DNA of 64,000 nt from Marsupella aquatica (lineage: Eukaryota; Plantae; Marchantiophyta). The stretch spans positions 12,345,929-12,409,928 of the forward strand of contig OZ316895.1 in NCBI GenBank assembly GCA_973895155.1, read 5' to 3'. A program made the translations under genes and the position numbers. The notes beneath the pieces were generated by a model. The model was given only the letters and a program-made list of their open reading frames with translations. It searched no databases and was not told the DNA's origin. This document shows, one piece after another, positions 1 through 14,200 of this stretch. The stretch's first letter is position 1. Each line of letters starts with the position of its first letter.

Positions 1-1104
1 GAGTTCCCTTCTGCGACGGCCTCGCTGTGTATGCTTTCGTCGAATTCATTCTAGCTACTGTAGTGGCTCTCTTTCCCATGCACTCGGCCCATGAAGTTGT
101 CCTTCTTGTTCATAGCAGTCAGCTTTTCACTCTTTGCTTGCTTTTTCTTTCCTTCAAACCTACAGAAGACCTGGACCCAATCTCGGCTTTCTTAGACTTG
201 AGGTTGCAACGTCGACTGCGGTCGACAACGCAAAGCTAGCATAGGGGCGGCAAGGACAGTACAATTAAACTATCAGACGTGAGTCATGAAAATCCAGCAG
301 AAATGTAGCTAGTGGGTGGTTCATATTCAAATTTTTGCCAGGGCTACTACCATTACTACAACAGCAGATCCTATTAGAATTGGTGGGGGAGAGATCAGCT
401 ACGAATGCAAACTGGGAAGAATACAAATGAAGTATACTGCAGAAAGAAAAGCGTGTGGAGCACCATTCTATCCACTAAACTAAGGTGCTATGTAGCTGCT
501 CCGATGACCACAGACCTTGTCCGGCACCCGATCCGGCACTGTACGTACAATCATCATTGTCACGGGCATTGTCATCATCATCGTTATCGAAATTGTTCGC
601 CTCCCGCATCCGGGTCTTTCGCGATTGCACGTAGCTTGATCGATACAATCATGAAGCACGGACGACAGACATAACATTGTGATTTGTGGGGACTTCCACT
701 AGAATACAATTACACACTTTGTTCGAACGAACCGTCTTCACGGTAGGGTCTCTCCAGTCTATGCATCATACAGTATAATCCACAAACGCTAGCTGCAGCC
801 CATCTAATTATATACACACACGAATCTAGGATACTCTAGCTCTACTTTGTCTGTCTTCTGCATCGTCATCTATTACTCAGTTGGAGCTAGCTAGCTAGGT
901 AGCCATCCGTTCTGCAGAACTAGACTGGAAACTCCCTCTCTAACGGTACACTGAGGGAAAGTGGGAAACTGAAGGGACAATCATGTCATTTCTATGGTAG
1001 ATTAATTTGCCTGACTACAATCCTAGCTAGAGAAACGAAGCTCACAGGTAAATAATATTTCCACAGGTATAGTGCTGCAAGCCCAATAAATGGTCTCAGA
1101 TCCG

Positions 1105-4100
1105 CTATATGATTTCGTTCAGGAAAGAATTGTACGTCTCGCTGTTTTCGAGGTCGTCGTTGAGACCTAAGTCTGTTAAGTTGTCTTGATCAAATGAGTC
1201 TAGGAATGAACTAAGTTTATCTTTCGAAGCGGGGCCCAAAGAGTCTTTGCCGCTGTTGCTGTTGCCAGCGCGGTGGCCGTGGTTGTGGTGGTCCCTCAAG
1301 CTTCTGGAATCTACGAACTGCGAGCTCCTGCTGGATGAGCGCTGTTGCGAGCCGGACGTAGTACATGTCTCTCGGCCACCGCCCGTGTTATGGTCGAGCT
1401 GGGGAGATGTTGACATGGGTCTGTCCGTGTCATCGTTCCTGACCGTATGCTGCTGTTGCTGCTGTCTTGATGAAGAAGGCGATGTTGAGGACGGCTCTCT
1501 GTCGTCTAAGCCCTTAACTGACATGCCTTGTCTTGGTGAATCTATAGATGAGCTGGGACTAACGGGTTGGCGAGGGGGTGCTTGCTGCTGCTGCTGCAAT
1601 TGGGCACTGATTAAACTCAATCTGGATGGTGAGGAAGAAGAACGGCCGGCATTGGACTCCGAAGATGTGACCGAAGGTAATTTAGAGAGAAGGTTATGTA
1701 AGCTGGACATGGACGGGAGTAATGATATTGAGCTCCCTGGATTCTGTCCAGTGTTGAGGGCTTTTGGAGGAGAAGGACACTCGGGTTGCAGCCCATTACT
1801 TTGTCTTGTGTCAAACCGGGGACTGCTACTGAAGTTCAAGCCCCCGCCCGGAGGCAGAAACCCATTTTCTCGGCCGGTTGTCAGCCCCAAAAGAGGATTG
1901 TCATTCTCCGGAGGGCGCTTGATCCCCAACACACCACTGCTCAGGAATTGTTGTTGTTGTTGTTTCGCGTGTTGTGCGTTGTTCTGAATGCGATACGGAT
2001 CAATGTAAGTAGATTTAGGGAACAATTCATTGATCAGATTTTGATCTCTGCTTCCGGGCCAGACCAGTCCCCCGTCTGTGGGGGATGAGCCGTGACCCGC
2101 ACCAATGTCCTGACGCTTCGTGCCCGGGAGAGGCGTCGGATGAGGCACAAACACTCCGGGGATCCCTTGTAGGCAGTTGAACTTTCGTTGCATCATAATC
2201 ACGAAGTTGAGATCTTCCACAACCTGCGAAGACCATATATAGAGAGGAGTGCGTCCAATCCCGTGAGATGGACAAGTCGAGTAAACTGTGAACATCGTCT
2301 CTAACCCTAACAATTTACATGAAATACACCTGCATTAATTAATTTCCTGTGTTTTTTTGGTGACGACCTACTGTTCCTCGATCGATCTGTCCCTGCAAGC
2401 TGGACATTTGCAAAACATTTGTACTGTGCAGAAGCCACCCGAGATATGATCTCTCCGGCGCGAGCAAGAAAGAATCAAAACCCCTGAATCGAATCGAATT
2501 TGCAGAATCTGATATTAATTAATGAGGGTAAACTCGCAAGCGCTGACGGGAAGAATTTCGTTAAAAATTTTCGATCCTCAACTTTTTGGAGCTACGTACG
2601 TTGGGGTACATGTCAAATTATGTGATCGGACCAACCTGTTGCGGTGGAGTTGGCCGCAATTCGCGCATTCGTATCATAATTCACACATAATTCACACATA
2701 ATTCTTTTCTCTTCGCTGCGTATTACGTACATCTGAAGCATTTATATGACCGTGCGTGCTGTTCGCAATTTGCACAGGAATGTCACGCCAACCATGAAAC
2801 AACAGGACTAAGTAAAAGCTCGACCGAATGATATCTATTTGTAATCACTCATTCTACCGATAATGATAAGTTACAAGTTTTGGAAGTTCCGGATGTTGTG
2901 AAACAGTGAGACCTAATATACTCTCAGGAAGTAACCGATTTAGCACTCTATAACGCTCACCTTTTTTTTCGATCCAAGTTGTACCAATCCTAAGTCTCTC
3001 ACAGATATCACCGCTATCGTCTGCAGACAACACAGGATACAACGGAATCAGAATGGACCTCGTAAACTCCATTGCATCGACAGCATCGACCGACCAGAAA
3101 ACCTCACCGTCGTAAATTTTAATGCTCACAATCACATCATCTACACAAAGTTCCCAACTTGTTGACAGATTCGTAGAACTTCGGATCAATACCTGAATGC
3201 CTGCTTTGAATTGCGCTTCCCAAGTACGCGGATGCTGTCAAGAGTGATTGTGAGCTCACATTATTAGTCTTGATGTCAATTCGACGTTTACTATGCAGAA
3301 ATGACTGAGACCTATCCATGTTCCGATCGACGAATCTGTCATCCGGTCATTTCTAACTCTGACTGCAATAATTCATAAAACCTGTCACTCACGTGAGGTC
3401 CAGCTAGGCTGAGACTGAGCCAGAACTAGCACGACAACATCGTATAGTCATGACGACGGGATCTCAGTGACTGGCCGCCATACGTACCGGATCCAGAGAC
3501 CCATGCCATGGAGATAGAAAGCTAATCTCGTGCTCCACTGGTTCTCGGTAAACCCACTTGTGGCTGTTGTCCGAGGCCACTTTTCCCATCAATCTGCGAT
3601 AGGTGCACAGATCATAACGAATGGTGCCAATTAGTAAAGCCTGTTATGCTATCAATCGTCTGCAGATCAAACACATGTACAAGAAGGACCCATATAAAAT
3701 AATCTTCCAAGGTTCAGGAATGATGGAGTATCCTGGACAGCATTTAGATGCCAGTGGCAAATCAAAGAAACTTTATTCTGATTCTCACATGCAGCTCAAC
3801 GAGTGCCTTTACGAACTAATCTGGCGCAATAGAGGTGAGTTGGTTGCAGGTAGTCGGAAATTGAGCAACACTGTTTTTGAGCAGCTGAAGATCAGAGTTC
3901 ACCTCTTCTCAATCTCGTTCTCTATAGGGGATACAAACGGCTGGGAAAAAATCCTAGCGATGTAACGATCTGTGAGGACGCACAGGTTCGCATGCTAGAT
4001 ACACTGTCCAGACTGGACACTGACGTAGCTCAAAATTATGTAGTGACTGAGGTCCTGGCGAGATCAGACAAGAGCCTACTTCCTATTCTTTTCTGCTAAT

Positions 4101-4944
4101 GTTTGAGTCGTTACTAGCAACTGCGACCAGTACAGCCATGCCTTTATAGCTGGTGAATCAAATAGAAATATACCCTTCTCCATAATTATACACATCATGA
4201 GACATCTTGAAGAACAGCTCCGGATGCATGACCGTCGCGTCGCCAGATTCATCTGCGTGATTGAAACTGTGGTTACCGTAACGTGATGCCATCTGAGCTT
4301 CCTTGGCTGAAGCACAGGCCGGGAAATCGCAAAAGCCATCTTCCCACACGAGGATCCTGGGATCATTCACACCATCGTGCTGTATACGTTAATTGAACGA
4401 TAACCAAATTAACGCGACCCTCCGAACAACGGTAGCTCAACTAAAGTCCACCACATGATTAGTCTAAGAGTGCCGTACAAAGAGCGAGCAGTGTACCCGT
4501 ACCAGTTTCGTTTGTTGCCCTTTGACCTGTCTACAGCGCCTCCTTCACTTTCCCACCTGTGCACAGGGAACATTTTTTCACAAGAGGATTGGCCGCAAGT
4601 TCAAAGGCATAACCTTCACGGCCTGTACTAGTAATCGTCGATCATAGTAACTAAACTCATTCTTGAAGTCCCTGAGAGCTCTCAGATGACAGAAGCCAGA
4701 CTTATCTTTCATGTTGCAAGCAAAAAAGGCGCAGACCATCGATAGCAAAGACTCAACGTCCGCAATGAGGAGGAAGTAGAAAATCATGATAATGACTCAG
4801 AGAGCGTTGAACGCACTTAGGTGGAGGGTAGTTCCGAGGAAGAATGCGCCAGAAGACAGCGTACACCCATTGCGTATCACAACAAAGACCGCGTAGCGTA
4901 TGCTGCAACATATGATTCAACACTGGCAGGCCCCTCTTCTCCAT
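1105..4944 (-). CDS. RSS3: RICE SALT SENSITIVE 3-like protein (bHLH-MYC_N / GAF-like N-terminal domain without bHLH), 7 coding exons, ~563 aa
   Basis: Manual splice model, all introns GT-AG with consistent phases: 4944-4817, 4556-4503, 4356-4174, 3593-3488, 3234-3193, 3020-2961, 2223-1105 (1692 nt). Translation has LQHTLRGLC..QWVYAVFWRILPRNYPPPKW, NKRNWILVWEDGFC, PELFFKMSHDVYNYGEGLMGKVASDNSHKWV, HPRTWEAQFKAGIQTIAVI..GLVQLGS, VVEDLNFV, typical of the RSS3-like family. The C-terminal half is Q/S-rich low complexity. Symbol is family-level. Confidence 0.9.
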
Positions 4945-7900
4945 CTCCGATCAATCTGGCAGCAAACCTTCGACCAGTATACCTAAATCTCAGTTTCGCT
5001 GAATCCCTGATCCTTTCCTCGAGCTCCTAAACTGCAGCCTACGTACATGCCTGCCTGTCACCAGGGTGATTTCCTCCCCTCAGTGATGACACTAGAATTG
5101 ACAATTTCGTGAACTATCTACATAGCAAACTAAAAGAAATCAGATTGGCTGGACCGCACTCGCTGTGTCTCCCTCCCTCTCATCATGTACACGCTTCGAC
5201 AAACACTCTCCTACAGTCACAACGAGGACTACTAACTGTAGCTAGGACCGAGGATATCGTGGTGCGCTGTTGTGGTCTCTTGGGAGACACCGCAACCAGG
5301 AGACATGATCGAGCTGTCCTTTCTGCATTGATACGTCGTCAGAACATCACTAGGCAGGACGATTGGATCGACTCTCATCTCTGTGCATTTACGCATGATC
5401 GTATAGAACCGTATCAGATACCCGCGGATCCAATCCCGGCCCTAACCTGTTTTTTCTGTTCTACACACAGTGGTCAAACAATATGAATCCCACGCACTAT
5501 TGACATCCCACACTGTATCGATTCCTTGGCAGCCGCAGAAATCTAGGAAGCATAATGGGCACGGTCAACTCGTCCCTCGATGGTAAACCTCACTGAGTAG
5601 TCAGTCCGTGCTGTTTGTTGTTGTTCTCCACTCGCTTACTCGGTGGATACGAGCAAGGAGAAAGCGACCAAGGCAGCCAGTCTAAGCGTAGCTAGCTTGC
5701 ACGCACTCTTGGGCACCACATGCATGAAATTGTTGGGAATACCGAATCCAGCTTGTTGTTCGGTCACCGTGACAATCGAGGTACCTATGCATGCTGATCG
5801 CTAGCAGCAACAGCAGCAACAAAGCAAAGCGAAACAAGAAAGAAAAGACGAGAGAGAGAAAGAAAGAAAGAAAAACTAAAAGCCAGCTATTCAGCCAGGC
5901 GGTCGGCCAGCCAGCCTGCACTCTCTCTATCGTCGATCAGAAGTTATTATTCTACTCTCTTCTCCTCACTTTTTCCGTCCAGTACCGTAGCTGGCACTCC
6001 CCCCCCCCCTCCTCCCCTCCGTCTTCCACCAAAGTTCTTCATCGAACTACTACGGTGGTACTGCACCTCTAACTCGCAGCCTCTTAAGTCAGGTCTCACT
6101 CCTGACATCCTTGGAACTGTGACAGCATTCTCTCCTAGCTAGCTACCACCATACATGATAGTATGTACGCTGCTGCTTCGCCAGGGCCGCAAGGCAAAGG
6201 ACCGTCGGACGACCGTGCCGAATGGAATGGAAACGTGTAATCCACTGGGGTACCAGGTCTGTGAGTGGAGGATGGCATAATTGCAGAGAGTGTGATTGTG
6301 ATACTCCAGCGCTCAATTGGCAGAGATACATCCCTTCCATTTATCTATGATCGCTGTTCCCTTTCTTCCATCCGTCTGCCCGTAGACCGGGAGTAAACGG
6401 AGGACGCGGGCGGTCCAGATATCCAGTAGTAGATCATAGAGTAGCTACAGAACCTACGAATTGTACAGTAGCTCGTTCCGATAAAGGACGGGCCCGCCCG
6501 GCCTTTGGGGTGGGGATCGTTTCTCACAACTGACAAGCTAGCCTTTGAGATGAACGTTCATTCACTTTTTTCGTTACTTGGCTTGATGTTAACATACATC
6601 CACTGTAGATTCTTGAATTGAACTTTCTTTCATGCTTTGGTGCTTTTCAGACCATGTAAAAGCGCAAGATATGCGTCAGAATGGACATTGTGGAAGGCTT
6701 TGGGCCATAGCTGAGTCTGTGAAAAGCAGTCTTGTGGAATGTGGAGTGTGGAGTTTGGAGGCTACGGTAGGCCTTTCATTCGTCAAGCAGCGAGAGAAAA
6801 CTAACTCTTTCCACGACGTCCGTGGAGCCAAACACTGTGTCCTGATGCTTGAATAGGGAAGATAGGAAGTTGTTGTGCTAACCAATAATTTCAACAACTC
6901 CAAATTGCATGTTTTGTAATATTTACTTAAGGTAACAGTCAGCTGCTTTGGAAACGTGATGTCAGTCTTCTTAACAGGTCCATGCATGCAGTTGCAAGGA
7001 AGAAGCTACAGAAGCTTGTATCATTCTCTATCCTTGATTGGGTGACTCCCTAACCGCGCGCAGAATCCTAACCAGTATTCAAATTCCAAGACATTCTGAA
7101 TAAAACTGACGACATCCATACCCAAGCCCTAGAAATTCAACTTAACCTAAGTGGCACTGAATTGGGAACCGAGCCCTGGTCACATGTCATCAATGATGCA
7201 AACAGACCTTCAACTGTTTTTTCAACAGTATCCGGCGATAATCAGACAGCAATCTTGAGGGAGGCCAGACCGACCGAATGAGCCCTAGCTTGATATTTCC
7301 GAAGCTCCACCTTCCCAATAGCCATGGATGAATGTTCTCCGCAGATGTGGAGCTCATCTAGCGATCTATGAGATCATCTACTGTGGAGCGCTATGGATGG
7401 GATTAGAATCTCCTCTTTCAAGTGCTAGATTCTAACTTTCCTAGTGCTCTCAGCAATAGTAAACAAGGAATAGTTTGCGGCTGAGACGCATTGTCTCATA
7501 GTGGACCCGAAACAGGTGGGTCCGTCTATCCGTAACGTTACCCCTCGAGGCAACTTTCACTCTGATGTATGTCGTCGATTCTGTTCGGTGGATTTGTTGT
7601 TACTGATCAATTCTCAACCCAGCTCTGGACTTACCCACAGTACAAACTAGTGTAGGACGCAGAACTGGGTCGTCTGACTTTCTGGACTGCCAAATGCAAC
7701 AGGATGCACTATGTTTAGATTGAACGCCAGGACTGCTACCGACGAATCATTCGAGAGCTTGATCATAATTGATGAGAAGCTAGGCAACACGAACAAGGCG
7801 GTGGCATGACAGCTATGCATTTGGACCGTAAAGCAGTGGTTCCTTCACAGTCCGACCGAGTAACTTACTATTCTGCTACTCTGAATTCACTTCACTTCCA

Positions 7901-10249
7901 TTGCAGGCTAGGTCACCACGTACATCGCCAAGAGCGCAACAAAGCTGAGAACGGGGCTGAGACTCCCTTCAATCTGTTACTTCTTAGCTCGCTTTACATC
8001 AGGGAAGCTTCAAAGAAATAAATCATAAAAACACAGTTCAAAGAGAGTGTTGTGTCAACTAATGGTATTCAACGATGAAACATCTCTTGATTCTGAGTTT
8101 GTTTCTCAGCAAAATCTTGCAAGGCAAAGCCAAGCTTCGATCAAGAGATGTACGTTTGTTGCACCGTGGAGTTTTCTCGTCTCATTTCCCCTCAAAAGCT
8201 TCAAATCAAGACAGAGAATGCCGTTGCATTGTACATACAGTAGACTTCATCTTGCATGGACAGATTTCGCGATTCACATTCTAATTGAAAGTGGGTAACT
8301 AACCTCAGTCGCGACGAAGACGAAAAACAGTCTTTTGCACATGTCAAATTGTCGACCGGCCAAACCTCATTTCCCCTCATTTCGATTTGACATTTGCTGT
8401 AATCAAATCTGTAATCATCCCAACAAACAGATGTCTCTGAGAGGGAATGGTATTCCCAGCTGCCTGCAGCCCTGCACTCTCTTTTTCTCTCGCTTTTTGT
8501 CAGACTCGGAGAACAAGATGGTCAAAAGATAAGATGCAGTTTGACCAAAACCTAATGTTGTAACGGCCATGTCAAATTAAGTTCCTGACAACGAGTATGG
8601 TTTTTGTACTTTTCTGAGGCCACAGCTTTACGCCCTGGGTTGGATTTCGTCTGATGATTAACTTTTTCTGACATAATTAGACGACTAGATTGTCACTCTG
8701 TTTTGCCCCATCACATACTTTGTCAATCTTTTTAATTTAATTGTCGCCCCTTTTTCCACAGCCAGTTAAGCAATGCCTCCTGGCTAAGCAAATATAACTC
8801 TGGTTTGCTGGGAATGATACAACTGTCAACATCTTATTAGTTTTCATCATCACACATTGTCACTGTCCTCAAATAAAACTCAGCATTCTCACCACCCCCC
8901 TGCCACCCCCACCCCCCAAAGTCTCCCTCAACCAAAGGGAGAGAGGGATTGGGGCTGCAGCTGTGCTGAAGGGGAGGGAGCAAGCTGAGGTGGGAGCAAA
9001 TAAGAGCTCTAACTCAATGTTGAGGGTAGGAAAGGGTGTTGCTGACATGATGACTATCTGATGGTGACCATTGGTTTGTTTCAAATTAGCTATAAGTACT
9101 TTGCTGAACTAAGGTATCAGTGGAAAATTAAAGACGACAACCAAGTAGCTAAACTAAAAGTAGTGACAAAGTATGTATCTTAACAAAGAAAAGTGGCAAT
9201 GTAGTCAATCTAAGAGCTCACATCTCTTTGGTTTCTGTGGTACCCTTGGAACTAATAAGCTTGCAAAAGAAGAATTTGTACCTCCCTTTTCAATATAATT
9301 TTTCTTGTAGAAGATTTGATTTGATCTGATCTGATTGCAGTTGCAATCAAAAAGTCCATAATAAGGAGCAGCTCATCACACTGTATTCATTCACAAAAAG
9401 CTCTTTTGATATAAATTCTGAAGGTGATTCCACAATCGGTGGAGCACTAGGGTTATGGGGGGACTTTACAAGAACCTTCACTTTCCAAGATTTTGCTTTT
9501 AGATTTCATTAAACAGTTTAAATCAAGGGACCAGTCTACTTTGGCTTTAAAAAAATATCTAAGTCCTTTGTACAAGAAAACTCTCAATCCCACGTGGACC
9601 CGAGTGGGTCCCCCAAAATGCTTACTTCAAGACAAGGTAGTTATGGCCAAAGTTTAGACCAAGTTTAGACCACCTCTACAGGTGAACGTATTTTTCAAAA
9701 GGCTTCTGAATTTCTCATTCCGTCTATTGAAGGCATTGCCTGGCTACCTTTTCGGGTCAGGATGGACCCTGTGGTAAACACAACTGACTGGTCATTTTTT
9801 GTCCTCTGGCTCTTGCAAAGCCCCCTTGAGATTGCAATCCATGATTTCTGTGTCCATTGAATCTTCATTTACTTTGTATTTATTTTCAAAAGCTCTTTTC
9901 AGTATATAGTCAACGTGATTCATTTACAAAAGCTCTTTTGCATACTATTGGCAAGGCAGCTGATTTCATGGTACATGACTCACTAGGGTTCAGAGATTGT
10001 CATCCATGGGTTACAGTGTGTTACTTCCATTCTATCTTCACATCATTTGATGATTATATGATCTTGGAGATCAATTTGTAGATTTCCTCCAAACTTTATG
10101 GGGGAATGACATACCAGCCGGCAACATGGTCAAATCAATCCACCCCAAAAATGTCCCTATCATGTCTTCTCTCGAGTATTTCTTCTAGGGTATTTGGGAG
10201 GGACGGTGTTTGATTTGGTCAGTTGAGAACTGCCACTTTTAGGCATATT

Positions 10250-11250
10250 TTCTCAACTGATCATGGATCCATAGTTGTGATATAGAATGTTGGATCAGTA
10301 AAGCTATTCCAACGCTCCAGTAGGCAATGATTACTTAGAAGATTCAACAATGTGCAAACTTTTCTATTAATAGATTTTTTACTTTTCACTTTTCCCTTTT
10401 TGCTGCTTTTCTTTCCTGCTATAGTAGATCGACCAGAGGAGACACCATCCCACAGAAATGGGGAAGCCAACTAATTGTAACAATATCACCAGGAATCCAT
10501 AAATATCATGCTCTATGGCTGTAACTAAGGATGGCCTTACAAGACCTTGGGGCCATTGCTTTCCCTTTATTCCCTCTGAGTATGAATCTGGACTCTATAT
10601 AATGATGGCTATGGTTGCACTTGGCTTCACAAGAACTAGGAGCAGTAACTCAGGTAAGGTGTCTACCAATCCTACATGACAAGCAATAGGCCCAAAGAAT
10701 TGTTGATGGGAAGTGCTTATTTTTATCTAGACTTTTAAATACTTTTAGGTGATTCAAACATTTTCCGACTTTGGCATCCTTAATTCAAGGGAATTACAAT
10801 TATTAACTTCATTTCATAGGAGTTTATCTTTAGTACTAGAACGGGCACCCAAGGTTCACAATAGCCCCTCTGTCTTGGAAATACATTAACCTCTCACACC
10901 ATTTGAACATTGCAAGTCCTCCATCATGATGAACCATGCCCTGGCTATTAGTGTGATGTACGGCACCTAACATATGCTTTTTTTCCTTGTCATCTGCTTT
11001 CGCATGTGAAGGACTCATTTAGAAAGGGACCCCACATGAAGCTTAACAACTAGCATTCTAGAACCCCACAACTTAAGGACCCTTCATGATGGGTTTCAGA
11101 TCTAATAAGCCAAACGTCCCTGGCCTTCGACAAATCATTAAGAATCTAACTATAATGCCAGGTTTCCAGGTTGTCAACTTGACCATAAGATTCCTGGTAG
11201 TTTTTCATTGTCAAATACCAAGGTGGTTTTTTTCTGTTTGAAGCAAAGGA
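10250..11250 (-). mobile_element. Highly degenerate Ty1/Copia RT-RNaseH remnant
   Basis: Broken-frame minus-strand peptides (DDKEKKHM / VPYITLI, and DPTFY) fall in the order expected for Copia RT-RNaseH motifs. Many stops and frameshifts; boundaries approximate. Confidence 0.3.
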
Positions 11251-14200
11251 TGAAGGGTTGTCTTTTCTTGGAAACGAGGGGAAATCTTGAAGAGATAAAG
11301 GTTGTTCATTAGTAGTATGTGGGAAAATGTTCAGAAAATTTGTGATTATAGATGGCAGAATATTGGGGATATGCAAAAGATAGTCTGGCCCTTATACCGC
11401 CATGTATGAGCACTTGGAAATATAATGCTCTTCAGGACCATTGTATTTGCAAGTGATGATTGGCCCTACAATGTGGAGCTGATCAAACGAGATGAAACTT
11501 TGCCCAAATCCTGGCCTGGATAGGGCAGCATGTCCACATGTCACCCAATCTTAAGTCTCATGTTGAAGCTAAAGATTAATATTCTTTGAAAGTGAAAGAA
11601 GGCCCATTGAGGGATACGACAGTGAATATCTCAATTGAAAGAAAATCAAACAGCAAGTAGAATCTCTTTTCCACAAACAAACGGGTGGCAAATCATTGTT
11701 TACTATTCTAGATAATTATGTCACCACAATGAGATGGAACTACAGCTGTTGTTGCCCAAAACAATGTAGATTAGGGGGATCCAAGCTAGAGCCAAGGAAC
11801 AAGGGAAAACCATATGATCATACAAAGTACATCGTTAATTTCGATATGGGTTAAAGGCTAGAGTATCACAATCTATTCAATGATAGTTAAAGGCTAGAGT
11901 ATGTTAAGGGGCCGAGTGTATATGGACTCAGGCAATGCAAAACTTAATAAATGCTTGCCAATTGTCTGTCAAATGGTATGGACGTAAGCTTCTTTTTCAT
12001 GAAATAATATTATTCCTTTGAGAATACTGATAGACTCAAATGCCCTAAGAGTCCAGCCATCCCTTCATCTTAGATTTCTTGCAATGGATACTAGTGCGTT
12101 CTTTGAGTACATTTATATCCCTCTTATAAAGCTTAGTTACTACACTTGTGACCATTAGATCATGGCACTATTGTAGTGGTAAATCTTCACTTTGTCATTT
12201 TTTCTTCTTTCTTGAATTTTGGGGTTTCTCTGCACCCCTTTTGCTTTTTTTCCTTTAGCCTTTGTACTGTGTCTGGCCCTATTTTAGTAACCTGGTCCTT
12301 TCTTGCTTTTCCTCCTTTAGGCTTGGTACTTTGTCTGGCCCTTTGTAAAATAGTCCTTTCCCTCCAATGGAATGTTCGTCTGAACTTTACTTCATCATTC
12401 TGATTGCTCGAACATATCCCAACCATGCACTTCAGAAAATAAAATACATTCTCACGTAAGTAAAGTACCATTGACGAGTACTCGCTCACTCACTCACTCA
12501 CTCACTCATGCACTGTCTGTCAAAGTGGTCTGGCCTGGAAGGCTGGAATGGCATATTAGGGGATGGTGGTCAAACCTTCTTTTTGACTATTGCATGAGTA
12601 CAGCAACTTTCTTTTGACTAGAACATAAGTACAGCAACAACAGTATATCTTCATTCGATCCATCCAACAATCCATCAATCCAACAATCCATCAATCCATC
12701 AATCAAGCCAGCCAGCACTCCAGCAGCCAGACATGAGCCATCCATGCAGCCAGCCACTTCTGCCAGCCAGCCAGAAGCTCAAATCCACCACCACCACCAC
12801 CACAGTGTATTTTTCCATTTTTTGGCCTAACTTGAAAGATTTCACTCAATTCCGTTCTACTAAAGTGGAATTCTGCAGCAGGGGGAATGTGGGATCGTAG
12901 GAAAGCTTTACCAGCATCAGCATCGACGAATCTCAATGGATTGGGGTCCAGAGAAAGCTGCGCTCCCCCCACAAAGATTTTTCCGTTTTTTGGAACTTAC
13001 AGTAAGCATTCTCAAAGCGAGAGACAACGGTCGCTTCCTCTCCACCGATTTTCGTACAACCCACGTGTTTCTTAATTATTTTGCGGCGTACTACAGTACT
13101 GAATTCATTGACCAAAAGTGACGATAAGTCGAAGTACAATGAGCAGTGTCTCCTCGCTTACATGCAAACATGTCACACTTCCAATTGTTCCAAAAGAGTC
13201 TAGGACTGTACAAGTTAGTGTACAGTCTTTGCAAAATTCTGACGCAATTAATTTAGTGATTGAAACGTGCTGAAGATATTATCATTATGGATGTCTCTCA
13301 CATGGAAATGGAAGCTTTGAAACTACCAGAGTTCGCAATCCTGGACAAATGCTTAAATTGGTCGCTACAACTGCATGGATTGGACACATTTCAAGCACCT
13401 GGGGTAATATTACTAAAGCACCAGACAAGGATTTCCTTTCTCTTTTTGAGAAGTGAGAATCCCCTCGCAATTTTGCCCTTGCAGGAAAATTGCTCGAGGA
13501 TTGGAAAACCCTTCTTAATTCGAGTGTGAAACCCAAAATGCAAAAGCAATTTTCATACTGGTTTGCTGGATTCATATATGATTGGGATTGGCATGGAAAA
13601 TATACTTCCAATGTATTTGGGCAGCTAACTTAATTTTATTGTTAAAAGGGAGCGATCAATCACATAGTGAGCATATGTTTGGGGAGTGTTGCTATGAGTT
13701 ATTTAGGACATGAAACGAGGGGTGAGGGGACCACATTTAGTTATATTTTGGTGTCACCTTCCAAAATTTTACTTGTTTGAGACAAGACAAAACGTCATAT
13801 TCTTTGGACGCATCCTTGCATATGTGGCCTACAACTTTGTATGTTCCCAAGGTGGGGGAGGGGGGGGGGGGGGGGGGGCGAGCAACAAAAATAGGGACAA
13901 ATGCAACCACGTCCAAAAGGTGATCGAGACCTTCATTGTTAATTTTTTGGATGGATCATAATCTGTAACCTGAGGACTCCATAGACCAGCACCTTCTTAA
14001 GCCCCAAAAATGTGAGCATTCATTCAAGCGAAAGTTGTGATCTCAATAAAGCTTAATGTTTCACGAGGATCATGCTGGTTTTTGGCAATTACATCAGAGC
14101 ATTTTGTCAAACATCGTGATATATGGGAAGTTGTCTTCAAACGGTTTACAGTTGTCTTCAAACGGTTTACAGTTGTCATAAAATTGAAGACAGTACCTGC

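Noticed and set aside
1247-1987. 246-aa Cys/Leu-rich plus-strand ORF
   Set aside because: Antisense shadow of the CAG/TCA-rich RSS3-like last exon.
13800-13920. Poly-G tract flanked by weak inverted repeats (another poly-G at ~62099-62118)
   Set aside because: No TSD or clear boundaries; simple sequence.
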